Source of the DNA: Raillietiella orientalis
Taxonomy: Eukaryota
Reading direction: 5' to 3'
Assembly (NCBI GenBank): GCA_036172245.1
Contig: JAYWIR010000040.1
Location: 434,001-498,000 of the forward strand
Length of the DNA: 64,000 nt
The notes beneath the pieces were generated by a model. That model was not told the DNA's origin. It searched no databases and saw only the letters and a program-made list of their open reading frames with translations. Below, one piece after another: positions 12,601 through 25,371 of this stretch (position 1 is the first letter of the stretch; every line of letters starts with the position of its first letter). Made by a program: the position numbers and the translations under genes.

Positions 12601-15600
12601 CAAGGTGTATGTTTTGGGACATTCGGTCCTTTCCAAAAAGGGCCGAATGCTCCGGAAGATTCGCGAAATGCTGCCAATGCACACATACGCGTAGCAATAG
12701 ATTAAAAACGAGACGTTTCGTCTTTTTGTTTTTTTTTTCCTCCTCACCTTACGTGATCTTGATTTTTCCCTTCGCAGTGCTCTTCATACCAGCCTTACCT
12801 TCGTCAAGAAGATGTTTGGCGAAGAAGTCACCCATCTTGGGCACCCAGCTTTTGGTGTCTTTCATTTTGCCATTCTCCGTGAAAGTAGCAGTTCGTCTCT
12901 CAATAACTGTGGTATTGGTGGCACTTCAAGTGGGATGGAAACCGTACGCGCCAAGTAATTGTGGTTCGGTGTTGTTTCGTATCAAATGACGGCACCAAGG
13001 TGGGCACCGGTCAATGGGGAATTTCGCACCGGAGTGTTTTTTTTTTTTTCTTAAGAAAAAGGTCAAAACATGAGCGAGTATTTCCATTTCCCTGTATCAG
13101 CACGTGTATGCTATCAAAGACGACCTTGCGGATGTGTCTTGACGAAAGTACCAATTTTGTTTCCTTTAACCAGGAAGCAAGGATTTTCTGTTTTTCCTGC
13201 CCTTGGGATACCGACACAAGCTCGGTGTCTCTTGTGCGTCGTCTGTTGTGCTGTAACATCCGAGACTAGCTATGCCTCCCAACACGGAAGTACGAGGTCA
13301 AGCTTTGGTTGGCTGGATGGTCAGTGGGGAAAACCCCAACCCATCACAGTCATCCTTTGCCATCACTTTCATGGTTTGTTTGGTTAGTTGCTGGAAGTGC
13401 TGTCTTCATCGGGAATCACCCGTGGGTGGGTTGGTAGTGCGAAGGATTGTTGCCCACCCTCTCACAGCTTCCTGGCTTCCGTTTCACGAATGACGCCGAC
13501 CAGCGGGAGTGAGCAGCTCACGTCTTAACAAATCCCTCGTGCGCGCGCAGGCGCACGTCTGCACGCGTTCACGGGGTCACGGGGCGCAGAGAAGTGACAG
13601 TCCGCCAGGGTTGCCCTGTTGAACCGACCTCCCGCGTGTCGTGTGGAATCCGCGCCGCAAAAAGCCTTTGGCCACGTGTATGGGTGCACATCGTGGGGGG
13701 CCTCAAGGTAGTACTCGTAACAGTGGCCGTGTAGACGGAATGTTCGGATCTCCCCAGGCTGCTGAAGCAGCTGCAGCCTTTTTTCTTTCCAGAACGTTCT
13801 TGTTATCCTCTGTCGCCCTTCGTATGTCCAGCGAAAGCTTCTCCCGAAACGATGGCAACTCCTTTCTCAAGCAGAACTTCGCGACGCATTCCGCAACGAT
13901 TTCTTTCTGCAGCCGCCGCCCTTCACTTACCGGGCGTTCGGGCCGCGGACCAACCGTTTCCGGGGATTCGAATCAGTGTGCAATCGAGTGCATGGTTGCA
14001 CGTGGGGTGTCCACTGCGAGCACTAGAGACAGGCTGCGTCCTGCAAGAGGTGCATCGAACAGATGTTATCTCTCGGCCCCGCCCGAGAAGCACATTAAGG
14101 GGTGACCCTATGTGACCTAGGAGGAAGAGTCCCAAGGAAATCCGTATTTCGAGCTCACGCCGATTTGGTGTGTCGTGAAGAGCGGAAGCCACTGGGAGAG
14201 ACCTTCCGTGGTCCACTGCAGATGAGTTCTGCGGATTTCGATAGCTTTCCTCTGCCCGTTTTCTGGGATTGTTTTCTTCCAATCAGCTCCTGAGGCGAAC
14301 GACACTTCTTGGTAGGACGAGTCAGTCCGGATGTGGCGGATGGGAGAAGGTGTTACTTCTGAACAGAAGGTGCTCCTTCGTGCGGTGTATCGGTCTGGTG
14401 ATGCTCGCGGGCTAGAGGATGGGGTGTGCAGCGGGAAAATGCCGTTCCGGTTGGTTGGAGCATGGGATTTGCAGAGGCCGGAATTTTCGTATACAAAAAG
14501 AGGGTCTTGTGAGGGAGTGGTCCCGTTGAATCCTTGATCGGAAGGATAAGACGCAGCAAGATTTATGCTTTGGCTACCCTTTGTGGGGGTGCGCCTACAA
14601 GGGTGAACGCGTGGTTCTGGGGACTACGAGCAGGAAACGGAGGAGGGAGCGTCTGCGTGTGATCTCCCGAGTGAGAAGTGCGTGGACACCGGGAAGCCCA
14701 CGGAACGATGGTGGCTGTCAGCTGGACTCGGACACCGCTCCGCATCGCAGGGTTCGAGCCTGCGAACTGACCGACGGTCACGGGTCTAGCATCTGCTTCT
14801 GGTCGTCACATTTCGCAGACGCAGCTTCCGTGTTTGTATGCGATTCGTCATCGTGGAAACGCGATTGGAGCTGCGTTTACTGCTTCTATTCCACTCATCA
14901 ATTCCAATCCAGCAGACGTTAAACTGTTAACGCTCCCTGATCCCTTCGTAGAATGAATTTTTTTTCTGTGTTTGCGCTGGAAAAAAAAGGATAAAGGGGG
15001 GAGGGGGCGCGGATGAGAGAATGACAATGACTGTCCATGTGTACAGTACACATAGAAAGTTCCCGACTGTGGTTTTCCACACTAGAATTGTTTTATCTTT
15101 ACCAAAGGGTTTCAGTTGCTTTGTGAATTTCTTGCAATCGGGAAGGGGCAAGAGAAGAAATGAAAATCCGAAGAGAGCGCCCATTTTTTCTGTGCCTTAA
15201 TCAAGGACACGTGCAGGTAATCTCTGCACCCAATCTCCTATCGTTCAGCTTCGATTCGCAGCCATGAAGACACTTAGAATGGCGATGTACTTGGAGATAA
15301 TGTTCAAAACATGGAGGGATTTTCGTGCGTTTGTTTCGGATGGGAATTATTTGTGCCCGAACAAGCCCGGGAAACTTAGTGGTTGTCAATTCCATGTACA
15401 TGCAAGCGCACCCGAACACTCCATGTACGTCAGGTTGTTTCCCCAAGCAGTCAGTCACTGAAAGACGTTCGTTTTGATGATGCGAATCGTTGGTCTCAAC
15501 TTTGGGGCTGTTGCCGGTGTTTAAAAGGCATAGTGCCGCACCCCTACGATCACTCAGTTTTCGGCTCCGAAAAGTTTCCCCTCCATCTCGTGTTTGTGAG

Positions 15601-17100
15601 ACGAGATCCTACGACTCACCCTCCGCGGCTCCGGTCCGTTCCTCCCCCTTAAGGAAGATCCCAGGCACCTCGCCGTAAGGTGATCCCATTCATTCGCGGT
15701 GGTGACTTGGATCGGATTGAATGGCTCGCCTTTCTGAGACTGCACGGCGGTCTCCAAGTTCCCCTTTCAGTTCCTGCAGTTAGCAAAGTGTTGCTGCTTT
15801 TGTATCTTGAGTGGTATCCGATGCCTTTTTCGTTTTTCGCTACTGTTCAAACCCTCAGCAAAGCTGCAATACCGATATTGAAACTGTACGCGAGTCTTTT
15901 CCCTTATGGCATGCCACGTTTGTCACGCTCCGTAAACTGCAACGCGGTTGCTAGCAGCAGCGCTTAGCTACCATACGGGCATCGCCTTGCCGCCTCAAAT
16001 ACGTCTCGAATTTTCTGCGGGAAACCTTGCAATTTATTTTTTTCCTCTGTATCGAAACTTTCGTGTTTGCTCAAGTGGGATGCCACGACTATTCCGAACT
16101 GTCACACGCGTTTCGGTGTCGATCTTTTCGAAAGCTCCCCCCTCCCCCCGTCTTCTCATTCAATCACAGTTCTTGCATCAGTTATGATTGCCATGACAAC
16201 CTGGCGCATACCAAAAATCCCACCGATCTGATCTGCATCGTGTAGGATCCAAGAGAAAGTACTAGCCGTTCTTCGCAGCGCTTGAGAGGCTGAGCAGCTG
16301 CCCTCAAACCTGTCGAGTACTGAATTTCCACAGAATCCAAAGGAAACGGAGAATCTTCCCGTGGTGGCCACCGTCTCATCCTAGAGGCTCCTTGGTCAGT
16401 GAATCTCCTTTCGAACTGCAGAGGTCTTAAAGGACGGCGGTTCTCTTGTTTGTGGCATCCCATTCCGTTGTAAATAGTTGCTTCTTGATTTTTTTTTTTT
16501 TTTTTTTAACGCAGATTTCATCGTACGATAAGAAAATTCTTGTCCTCAACTTTCCCATCCTTAAACCTCGAGGGCCTCGTTCAGAAGTTTCCTTGTTTTT
16601 TGTTTCTTCATCCTGCCTTTCAGATTCAGAGTAGCCTCATGACGATTTCACTATGAGAAATTCGGTTGGGCCGTCGGCCATTTGGCCGTTCTGTTCTGGC
16701 GTGATTCGTGTCCCAAAAATCAGCACATCAAAGATACAAGTAATGCGATTCTAGTACCAATTGACCATGTAGCTCCCAGCATTCCCTTTAAACCACTGTG
16801 GGTCCCAGATCTCGCAAGTTATGTGCGAATAAACTCTTGATGCAGCTGGTATCTATGTCTTCGTGTTTATATAATTTTGTTTGCATGCGTGCACATGTTG
16901 TTCCGTGCAAGAAATTGGAAGCATTTGTGCAATGCAGTGTCTTATGTTACAAGAGCTTGTCAAGGCTCGATGTACAGATGTTACCGTAGGCTTACCCACT
17001 CACTGTCTGCTTGCTGTACGTGCCACTGCGTTCGTGGCCACGACTCGTCGGTTCTTGTAGAAATTTTTTAGCGCGATTTTGCTGATTGTCATTAAAAAAA

Positions 17101-17131
<31 letters not shown>

Positions 17132-20100
17132 TCCTTTTTGTCTTTCTTGCTTCGAGTTTCCGAGAACATCCATCATTTGGGCTTTTTCATTTCAGAGCAA
17201 GAGCAACACCTTGATGGTAAACATAAAATGGTTCTACCGACCTTGTGAAATCCCTGAAACCGTGTATCAGCTGCTGGTACAAGATCGGAATACCGAGCAT
17301 AGTAAGTGTATTATGCCTACTTTTGCGAACTTTTGCCTAATGAAGAAATGGTCCGAAATTCGCTAAACGCTGCGGCTCTACAAGTGATTTTTCATGCTCT
17401 TTCGGAATGCGTTTCTGCATCTTCCATCTGGAGGTTTATTCCACACGTTTTCCTCTGGGAATGCCGAGTGCTGGTTACCTGGGTCTTTATGATCTTTTTT
17501 TTTTTTTTTTTTTTGCAAATCGTACGGATCAGCTGATACCAAATGTTGCATGCACTGTGCCTGTAACTAGTTAATTGACTAATGCAATAACTTCTAATCA
17601 TTGCAAAGGTCATCATCACCTCTTTCCAAGAATCGAAGATCCCCTTTCTTTGGCCGTCGCTCTTTTTTGGAATCTTGTTGACCTTTCCACGCTGTGAGTG
17701 CAGAGGCATCCAACACAGTCAGATGTGTCCACTTTCTGAAGTAGTTCGCTATTTGCATTGCCGTTTTTTTTTTTTCTTTTTTTTTTTTTGACCGGGCCGT
17801 TCTCCACACGAGTATTGGTTATACTTCCAAGGTTGGGACATTTGGCGGAACGGCATAATTCCGTGTCATGCAAATGGACCGAGTACAGTTCCTCACTGGT
17901 AATCAAAAGAAGAGAAGAAGAAGAAGGAAGCAAACGCTCAGTCACAATGACGAGCCAGGAAGCGGAACACGAAAGCAGAAGTGTTCTCTGAGCTTATGTG
18001 AGAGGTCGTCGCTCACTTTTTTTTTTTTTTTTCTTTCTTCTCTTCCAACTGCAGCACCATGCATCTTGATTCCGTTGGGTTCGGAGCTGTGCTTGTGATT
18101 CGTGGCCCGTTTTCTTGTTTGAGGGCACTACGAACCGTGCACCGTGGATTGCAGCATCGTCACTGGGTGTTTTAATGGTCCTCGTTTCATGTAGGCCTGG
18201 CTCCAATAAATAACGTCAACTTGGAGATTTTTCGCGTGAATTCTGAAAGCTCGGCGCGCGTAATCGGTGCTTCCTCCTCCCGAGACCGTAACGTGTTTTG
18301 TGCGGGTGGTTCGTGTTTCAAGTCTGATGGCGCAGAAGATGCAGTGCTCAACACTTCATGGGAGGCGTCGCTGCAATTAACTGCATCTAATTTCAGCAGT
18401 AAGCAGTAATTAGATTCGCGCTCCGCTCCGTTATTAGTGACATTAAGGACTTCATTTTTGGGGGGGATTTTTTTTTTTTTTAAATTTTGAAACATAGTTT
18501 CGGGGAGCGTTGTCTTCCATTACTAGGATCAGTGCCCACTGTGTGCCTAGTTTCAGTGCTCCCAAACTGGAGTCACTGTAAAGCAGAAACGCGTGCAATT
18601 TCTGAGCGGCCTCGCATTCTGTTTACAAGTGATAATTTATGTGATTTGTAAGGTGCTGAACACGGCCGCCAAACTCACTCCGCGTTTCTTGGGTTTCAGG
18701 GAACCTTTTAAGATCCAGGGAACCCTCTTATTGCCGCCCTCTTCTTATTGCTGGAGTAAATTTATTCACCGCATTTTCCTCCGAGCGTATTTTTTCCGTC
18801 TGTGCATCTGTATTTTTTTGTTTAGGTAATTTCGTGACCCGAGACACCCAGCCGTTATAGTATGGTGTCCTTCTCTGGAGCGAGGATTTGAAAGCAATTC
18901 GATCCTTCCGATTTAGACACGTTCGGTCGAAGTGACTTGTCGTACGAAATTATTTGTAAGTTTTTTCATGTGACAGTATTTGGAATTTGCCGTGTCGTCC
19001 TCCATGGATAGTGAACTTCCTGCTTTCTTCCACCGTAGCGACTTTAGAGCGGAGAAGTGTTTCGGAAGCTCAAGGCAGTATCAAGGAAAACCACAAAGCA
19101 GACAGAGCAGAGCGGCTGTCATTCCGGAGGTTCCTTGAGTTTTTTTTTTTTTGTAAAAGAACTTTTCACGTTTCCTTCTTGTCTACGGTTTTTTCCTATG
19201 ATCTGATATGTTTCTGTTCAAAATCGCTGTTTCCGTTAGTATCGTTTGTGTTGGGGGGCAGTAGGCGTAGTTGGGTTTCTAAACGAAAAAGAATGATTCT
19301 CGGCACCTGAGTCGAGGACTGCTGATACTTAATAAGGTCCAGAAACACAGCCGCAAGATTTCACTTTCAGTCTGAAGGTGTCTGTCCTCGAGATCTGTGC
19401 ATGTCTGTAGCTCTCCAGAGTTGTTGTTTTTCAAAAAATTCAGGTTGGTCAGCATGGTCAACCATTGTATCCCCCAAAGGTTTAACAAGGTCTCCCATTC
19501 CTCGTACGATGGTGTCCATATAATTTTTCCCAATTCCGGCAGCACTGGTTGCGAAAAAAAAATACAAGAAAATAAAATAAAAATAAAACGAAAAGTCATG
19601 CGTTTACCAGAAATGTGCTTTAGGTTCATTCATCCCTTCCTCTTTCACCGTCCGTTGCTCACCACACTGCACATCCCCACACTGATCCCCGTCAGCATTT
19701 GTATGCTCTTTGGAAGAATTTTTCCTTGCTTCATTTCCAAACCAGGCAGGTTTTCAGTTTCTTTAATCATTACCATTCCACTACTCCCTGGATTCAACGG
19801 CATCCTCGAATAAATTACTGTAGTGGATTTCTTGGCTCAGTTCTCTTTGTCCCGGCGCTTTTCGGCAGGCTGTAATCTCGGGAGCACGATTCCCGATTTC
19901 GATTTCAGTGGTTTTTATCAGCAGTCAACTCCAAGCATCAGTGTTTCATCTTATCTGGCGCTTAATCTTGCTTACCGGAAAGGCTCTTCGTTAAATCACG
20001 CCAATTCCTTACACATTTCTTGTGTACCCGTTATCGCTTGCATCAACCTCGTGCCTCATATGCAGAATTTGAATCGTGCTTTTCTGCATTACTGCCTTTG

Positions 20101-23100
20101 GTATGAGACTCCAGATCCATGTGGACGTCGGGCATTCACTGTACTGCAGTCTCGTTTCGTGGCACGCCTCAGGCGTTCACGCATCTGCATGGTTGCTTCG
20201 ATTCGGGGCATCATCAATAAGGTGAATGAAACCTCGATTCCACAGGGCGGGGTTCCTCCAAGTCGGTGGTTGGAAGCTGCTGCATCAGCAGCTCTCTTTC
20301 CTCCAAAGTACTCGTAATTCTCGTCAGGGGAGTCCGCCCGTCGTTATGGCCTAAGCAAAGACTTCCAGCATGCAGCGCGTTGAAAAAGAAGTCGTGCATT
20401 GAAATGTGGTTGCGGGGGTGTCGTCGCGGTGTTGTTCGACCGCTGTCTTCATCCCTGTCCGAGCTCGGTGTTTCCATTGTGCATGCATCATGAATTCTTG
20501 TGCCATGTCTTTCCCCCCAGAGGAGTTGCAGTTTTGTGTCTGCTTAACACTCTGAATCGAGAGCACGGATTGCCAAATGCGAGCGGAATGCTCACGTTCG
20601 GGAATTAAGGTGTCCTTTTCCTTATGGAAAGTCAAATTCGAGGTTCTTTTGCGCGAGAAGTTTGTATGCTTTGGGAGAAATTCACGTTTGCGATTGTTTT
20701 TTCGGCAGGCAGTCCGTTTTTTTTTTTTTTTTTTTTTTTTTGCACGTTAGTTTTGTCTTTTTTTGGCTGCTAAGATCGTGATTCATTTTTTGTTTATTTC
20801 ACCTATAAGTGAAATCTCATTTGAATTGAAAAAGAGGAGGGGAAAAAATCCTGGAAATATTCCATGTCTACCTAAAGTTTGTTTGACGGTCAGTTTCCGT
20901 GCTTTAAGTATTAATGAGATTAATTACACAGGTAGGCAATCATTCAGTTGGCGGCAATTATGCTCTGTATATTTTTTTTTCCCCTCCTCTTTGTGTCTCA
21001 GCTCTACCTTTTGCCCTCCGAACTCATTCTGAGAAATGATCTGCGAGCTTTTTATGCGATGCTTGTTTCCAAGCGACCTCGTGGTGGTGCAAACAAAGAT
21101 GTGCGAGTCGCCGCTGCATCTCTTGCACGACCCCTTGCTTCAGGTATCGGAACCACCTCGCGCATAATGGCAAAGAAGTTGCAGGATGCATTGGATTATG
21201 CAAGTCTTCTGTTCCGGGATGTCGTAACGCACTGTTCTGTCCTCTAATGGGTGCCGGGGGGCTTCCCGTGTCCCGGGTCTGCTGCCCATCTCGTGGGTGT
21301 TTTCCTCAACCCTTCGCTGTTTTCACTTTTTACGGTGTGCTGGCTCCTGTTTCGCCGTCATTGATCCTGGAACTGCAATCCTCCAGATTGCTTGCGTTAT
21401 TTATCTGGAACTTTTCGTGCTGCCTTCTTGATTGTTTTTGTAGCAAAAATCTTTCTTATGCTTATCACCATTGTCTCGTGGCAGTTCAAATGCTCAGGAG
21501 ATTTATTGCCATTGTGTACATATGCTCTCCTGATTTGCATTCTCAAGAACGCTTTCGGTAAGCAGAGTTTTTCCAGAGACCTTTGGGCTCTCCTTTGACC
21601 ATTTGTTTCCTAATAATTTATATCCGTGTTTGCTGGCCTTTGGTGTCCCTTCGAAAATCCAAAGGCTCTGGCTTCCGACGCATTATTTTTTTGATTTCTC
21701 TTAGATTTGCGTTTCGGAGGAATGGCTTGCTTCGAATTTCACCTCCCGGTTTTCAAGTCAGCCTTCCGTGGTTGCCATCCTCTCACACACGAATCTATCA
21801 GCAGATTCGCAAGGTTGCCGTTCTCGCGTTCTCTGTCACCCTCTAATTGTTCTCACCCCATTAATCAGATACTTTCGAGATGATGTGGAATTCAAATCAA
21901 GCGTTTCATGTGATGCGGAGCGTTTGCCCGATTCACTTCTGATGTATCTGTGTTTCTGGGTGTATTCCTCGCACAGTGTTTCCGTAATGCAGGACCAAGG
22001 GATTCCGCCTCCTGGTTTAGCCTTTTAAGCCATCGGAATCCAGCTTTCAGAATGTAACGCTTTTATGTTCGCCATCGGTTGCATGAATTTCCGATCAGAG
22101 TATCCCATCATTACGTCTTGTTCTGCTCCAGTAGGCTTGTTCCTGGAATGGAGCTGCGTACTCCCATGAGTGTGTTCTCTCCATTAGGCGATTCTCAATA
22201 GAAGTATTTCCGGTTCCTCTTTTATCTTTTTTCTAGCGTGAAGAATTCCTGTTGATGTTTCGTTGCTTTCGTAGTACTTCTGGTGGTCTTCTCTCTTGGA
22301 TTCCAAGCTTAGTCTTTTCTCAGCGGCACTTCCGTCTCAGCCATATCAGGAAGCGTAAATGTGTTCACCTCTTTTTTTTTTTTTTTTCCGAATTTTCTCT
22401 TTCAAACTTACTGCTGTGTTTATTCGGAATAATCTCTCTGCTCGGAAGATGACTCTATCCCTTTGTATGTGGCTCTTCCTCCTCCATTCTGTATTCCCTT
22501 CTACAGTGGTGGAATCACGCGGAGTGGGACACTCATTGGATCCTCAAACTTCCTCCTCAGTTTCCTCAGCTGCATTTCGACGGAATTTAGGTTGCCATTC
22601 AAGTTATTCGCCCACCAGGGTGACCGTGGCAAGTAACACGTAGTATCCTGGTAACAACAAGTAGCACGAAGGTTTCCATCAGCTACTTGAGGATGTTGTC
22701 GTGCATGCGGTACTCTCTATATTTATTGCATTTACTGTACTTTGGTTCTTTCTGAGCTGTTTGATCTATTTCATGCCAGATTGTTTCGAACTCATGTTGA
22801 AGTGCACGTACTCTACATCTTGTTCCGAATTGCTGCTTTTGTATGTCTTCGCTTGCTTGAATTCCGTGTCAGTCTCCCGAATCCACTAGGCATTCATTAC
22901 TGCCACGCCTAACATCAAGCTTGCCAGCATTTTCTTGCAATTTCGTTTCACAGCTTCTCAGTAACTGCTGCTCGGAGGCGACCACTTCGGGAGCATCCGT
23001 TGTTCTATCATTCAGAGAAGCATTGATTCATCTAAAATCGAAGTGATTTCCAAAATTAAAAACTCCATAGCAAGTCAGAAGCTAAAGTTCGGTGCCAACG

Positions 23101-25340
23101 GCTTGTCGTGTATGAGGAGCACACACGGCGCACACGAGCATCAGGAAGTCCTGTTTGGAAAAAGAAAAAGAAGAAGAAGAAAAAAAAAAAAAAACAGTGA
23201 AAATCAAAGTGCAGAGTTTTAAAAAATACTGAGTTCAAGACGACGTACCGTGTTATGCTTTGGTGTTCATAGGGGAAACGGATGCTTTGGTGTTCATAGG
23301 CAAACGGGCGGTGTGAAAAATACTCTTTGTATGCCTTTTTTTTCCGATTTTACATTTTCAGCATTTCTCCTTGCAGCTTCAGCTGCTCTCCCTTAGGCAC
23401 TTACGGCTCCGCTCGCGGAGCAGGCAGTTTCTTCGGTGTTGCTATTCCGGATGGTCTTCATCGGGTTTCGCGCGTTGCTGTGGAAGTCTCATTTTCAGTT
23501 AATTTCGTGACCGAGAACGTGAAGCGCTGATAGAAAGATGTAAGAGCATCGGTGAAGGGTCAGAAAAATCTCACCTGCGATGGGATCACATCGCACCACT
23601 CTGGGCTGAGATCTTCTTTTCCGGTACGCGGCAGTTTGGTCTGCTTATCATCTGAGTGGCAAACGCTTGACAGGACTAAGAGAATAAGACAACATACGGT
23701 TCTCCGTGCTTTCAGACGTCGAAATGCGATTTCGAGTTTTTTTTTTTTTTTGTGTGTGTGTGTGTGTGTGTGTTTGTTCAGGTAGTACTTGAAGTTTCCC
23801 TAAGTGCGATCTTGGGAGAATCAAAGTGCAATAGAAGAAATAAACCGCTTATTTCCGGGGTCTGATCCAGAGAGGAGAACGTTGGACCAGCGGCGTGTTG
23901 CTGGTGCACGTTGTAGTTTCAGAATTCTCAGCGATTTTGCGCTCACCAGGGGATTGAAGTTTTTATGCTGTTTGCTCTCCTATTCTTCCCGTCTTGAAAG
24001 CAGTTTTGTTATCGGGGGGAAGGGGAGGGGGATTAAAGTTTGATCTTCGCCAGCATCTCCGCTGCCATTCGTAAGATTCTTCTCTCGGTTTCGGTCAATT
24101 TAAGCACAACGTCATAAAACAGATAAAACCGATGTTTGGTTTTCGGTTCCCGTTCAGCCGAAATACGTAGTCTTAAAATTCAATTTGTATGGTGAGCGGG
24201 TGAAATCGGGAGTCTGCATTTCCGGCTGTCCATAACTGATTCTGGATACGCATTTCACGGGGAGGGGAATGGAACCGGGGGGAGAGGGGGGGGGGTAATT
24301 TTAGCCGGGGGGCGCGAGTCCGTTGAGCAACATGTATTGGTTATACATTGGCTAGCAGTAGGTGTTATTTGCTGTTCCTCATTGAAAGCTATTCCACATT
24401 CAGGTGATTGCACTTCCAGAATTTGAGGGACGTGTTTCCCATTAATTTTGTATCTAGGAGACCGCATACGTGTTTCTGTGCAATCGAGAACCATCTTCGT
24501 ATGTTTTCTCGAACCTGCGTTGCTGATTGTGGCCCATTGCGAGTGGGCGGGGCAGCTTTCACTTTCAGTCCACCTTTCCTTGATCCACCCGGAAACCGTT
24601 CCAGTATGCGGCGTTCTGTGCGCTAGGCTCTTAGAGAGAGCCTGAGATCCGGTGTTCCTCCTGGAAGAATGTCTCATTGCTTTCCTGTTTGCTTCTCCGT
24701 GTTGCTGTTGTGTTCACTGCAAGGGGAACGCACCGTGATTTTATCGTACTATTTGTACGACTGGTAGGGGAGCGTTTGAAGTACAGACTGCCTTCCTCGG
24801 CTGCGAGAGAGCGTCTTTCTTGATGTGTGTCGTAACTCACAACTCTGAAGAAGATTTGCGCTTCGTGGCAGCATCGCTCTTTGGACCCGTATAGGGGCCG
24901 CAACCCGCATGTTTCATAGCTCCGGTCCATCAATCAAAACATCTTCGTGGTCTCACTTTGCGGGGATTAGAGCGCCTCCTAAAGACCGAAGAAAAGATCC
25001 AAGAATTAGCACGTTCCAGGTACCCAAGCGACTTTGCATCTGATCCTCAAACTTCCTTTTTATTATGTTATGCTAATTTAGGATCTGGGACGGTGCATTC
25101 GTATCTAAATCACGCGAAAAGGTGCCAGAGACCATGTTTCCATTAACTTCCCTATTTTCGGAATGTTTCCCCGTCTGCTGTTTATTTTTCACGTTTTGAC
25201 CAGTTCCTCATACCGTTTCTGGAGAGCCGTCCATTCATTATAATGCAAACAAATTCCGCTGCTCCTCACCGACCAGACGGCATTGTCAGGCAAGATAACG
25301 AAGCCATAAATCTGTTTGTACATCTCAGTAGCAATTTTTT

Positions 25341-25371
<31 letters not shown>

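Noticed and set aside
14710..14772. tRNA-like segment with GGTTCGAGCC and a gcagg/cctgc stem
   Set aside because: The acceptor and anticodon stems do not pair, so it is not a tRNA gene.
23255..23307. Direct repeat resembling a CRISPR repeat
   Set aside because: Only two adjacent copies, no spacer, no cas genes, and a eukaryotic intronic context.
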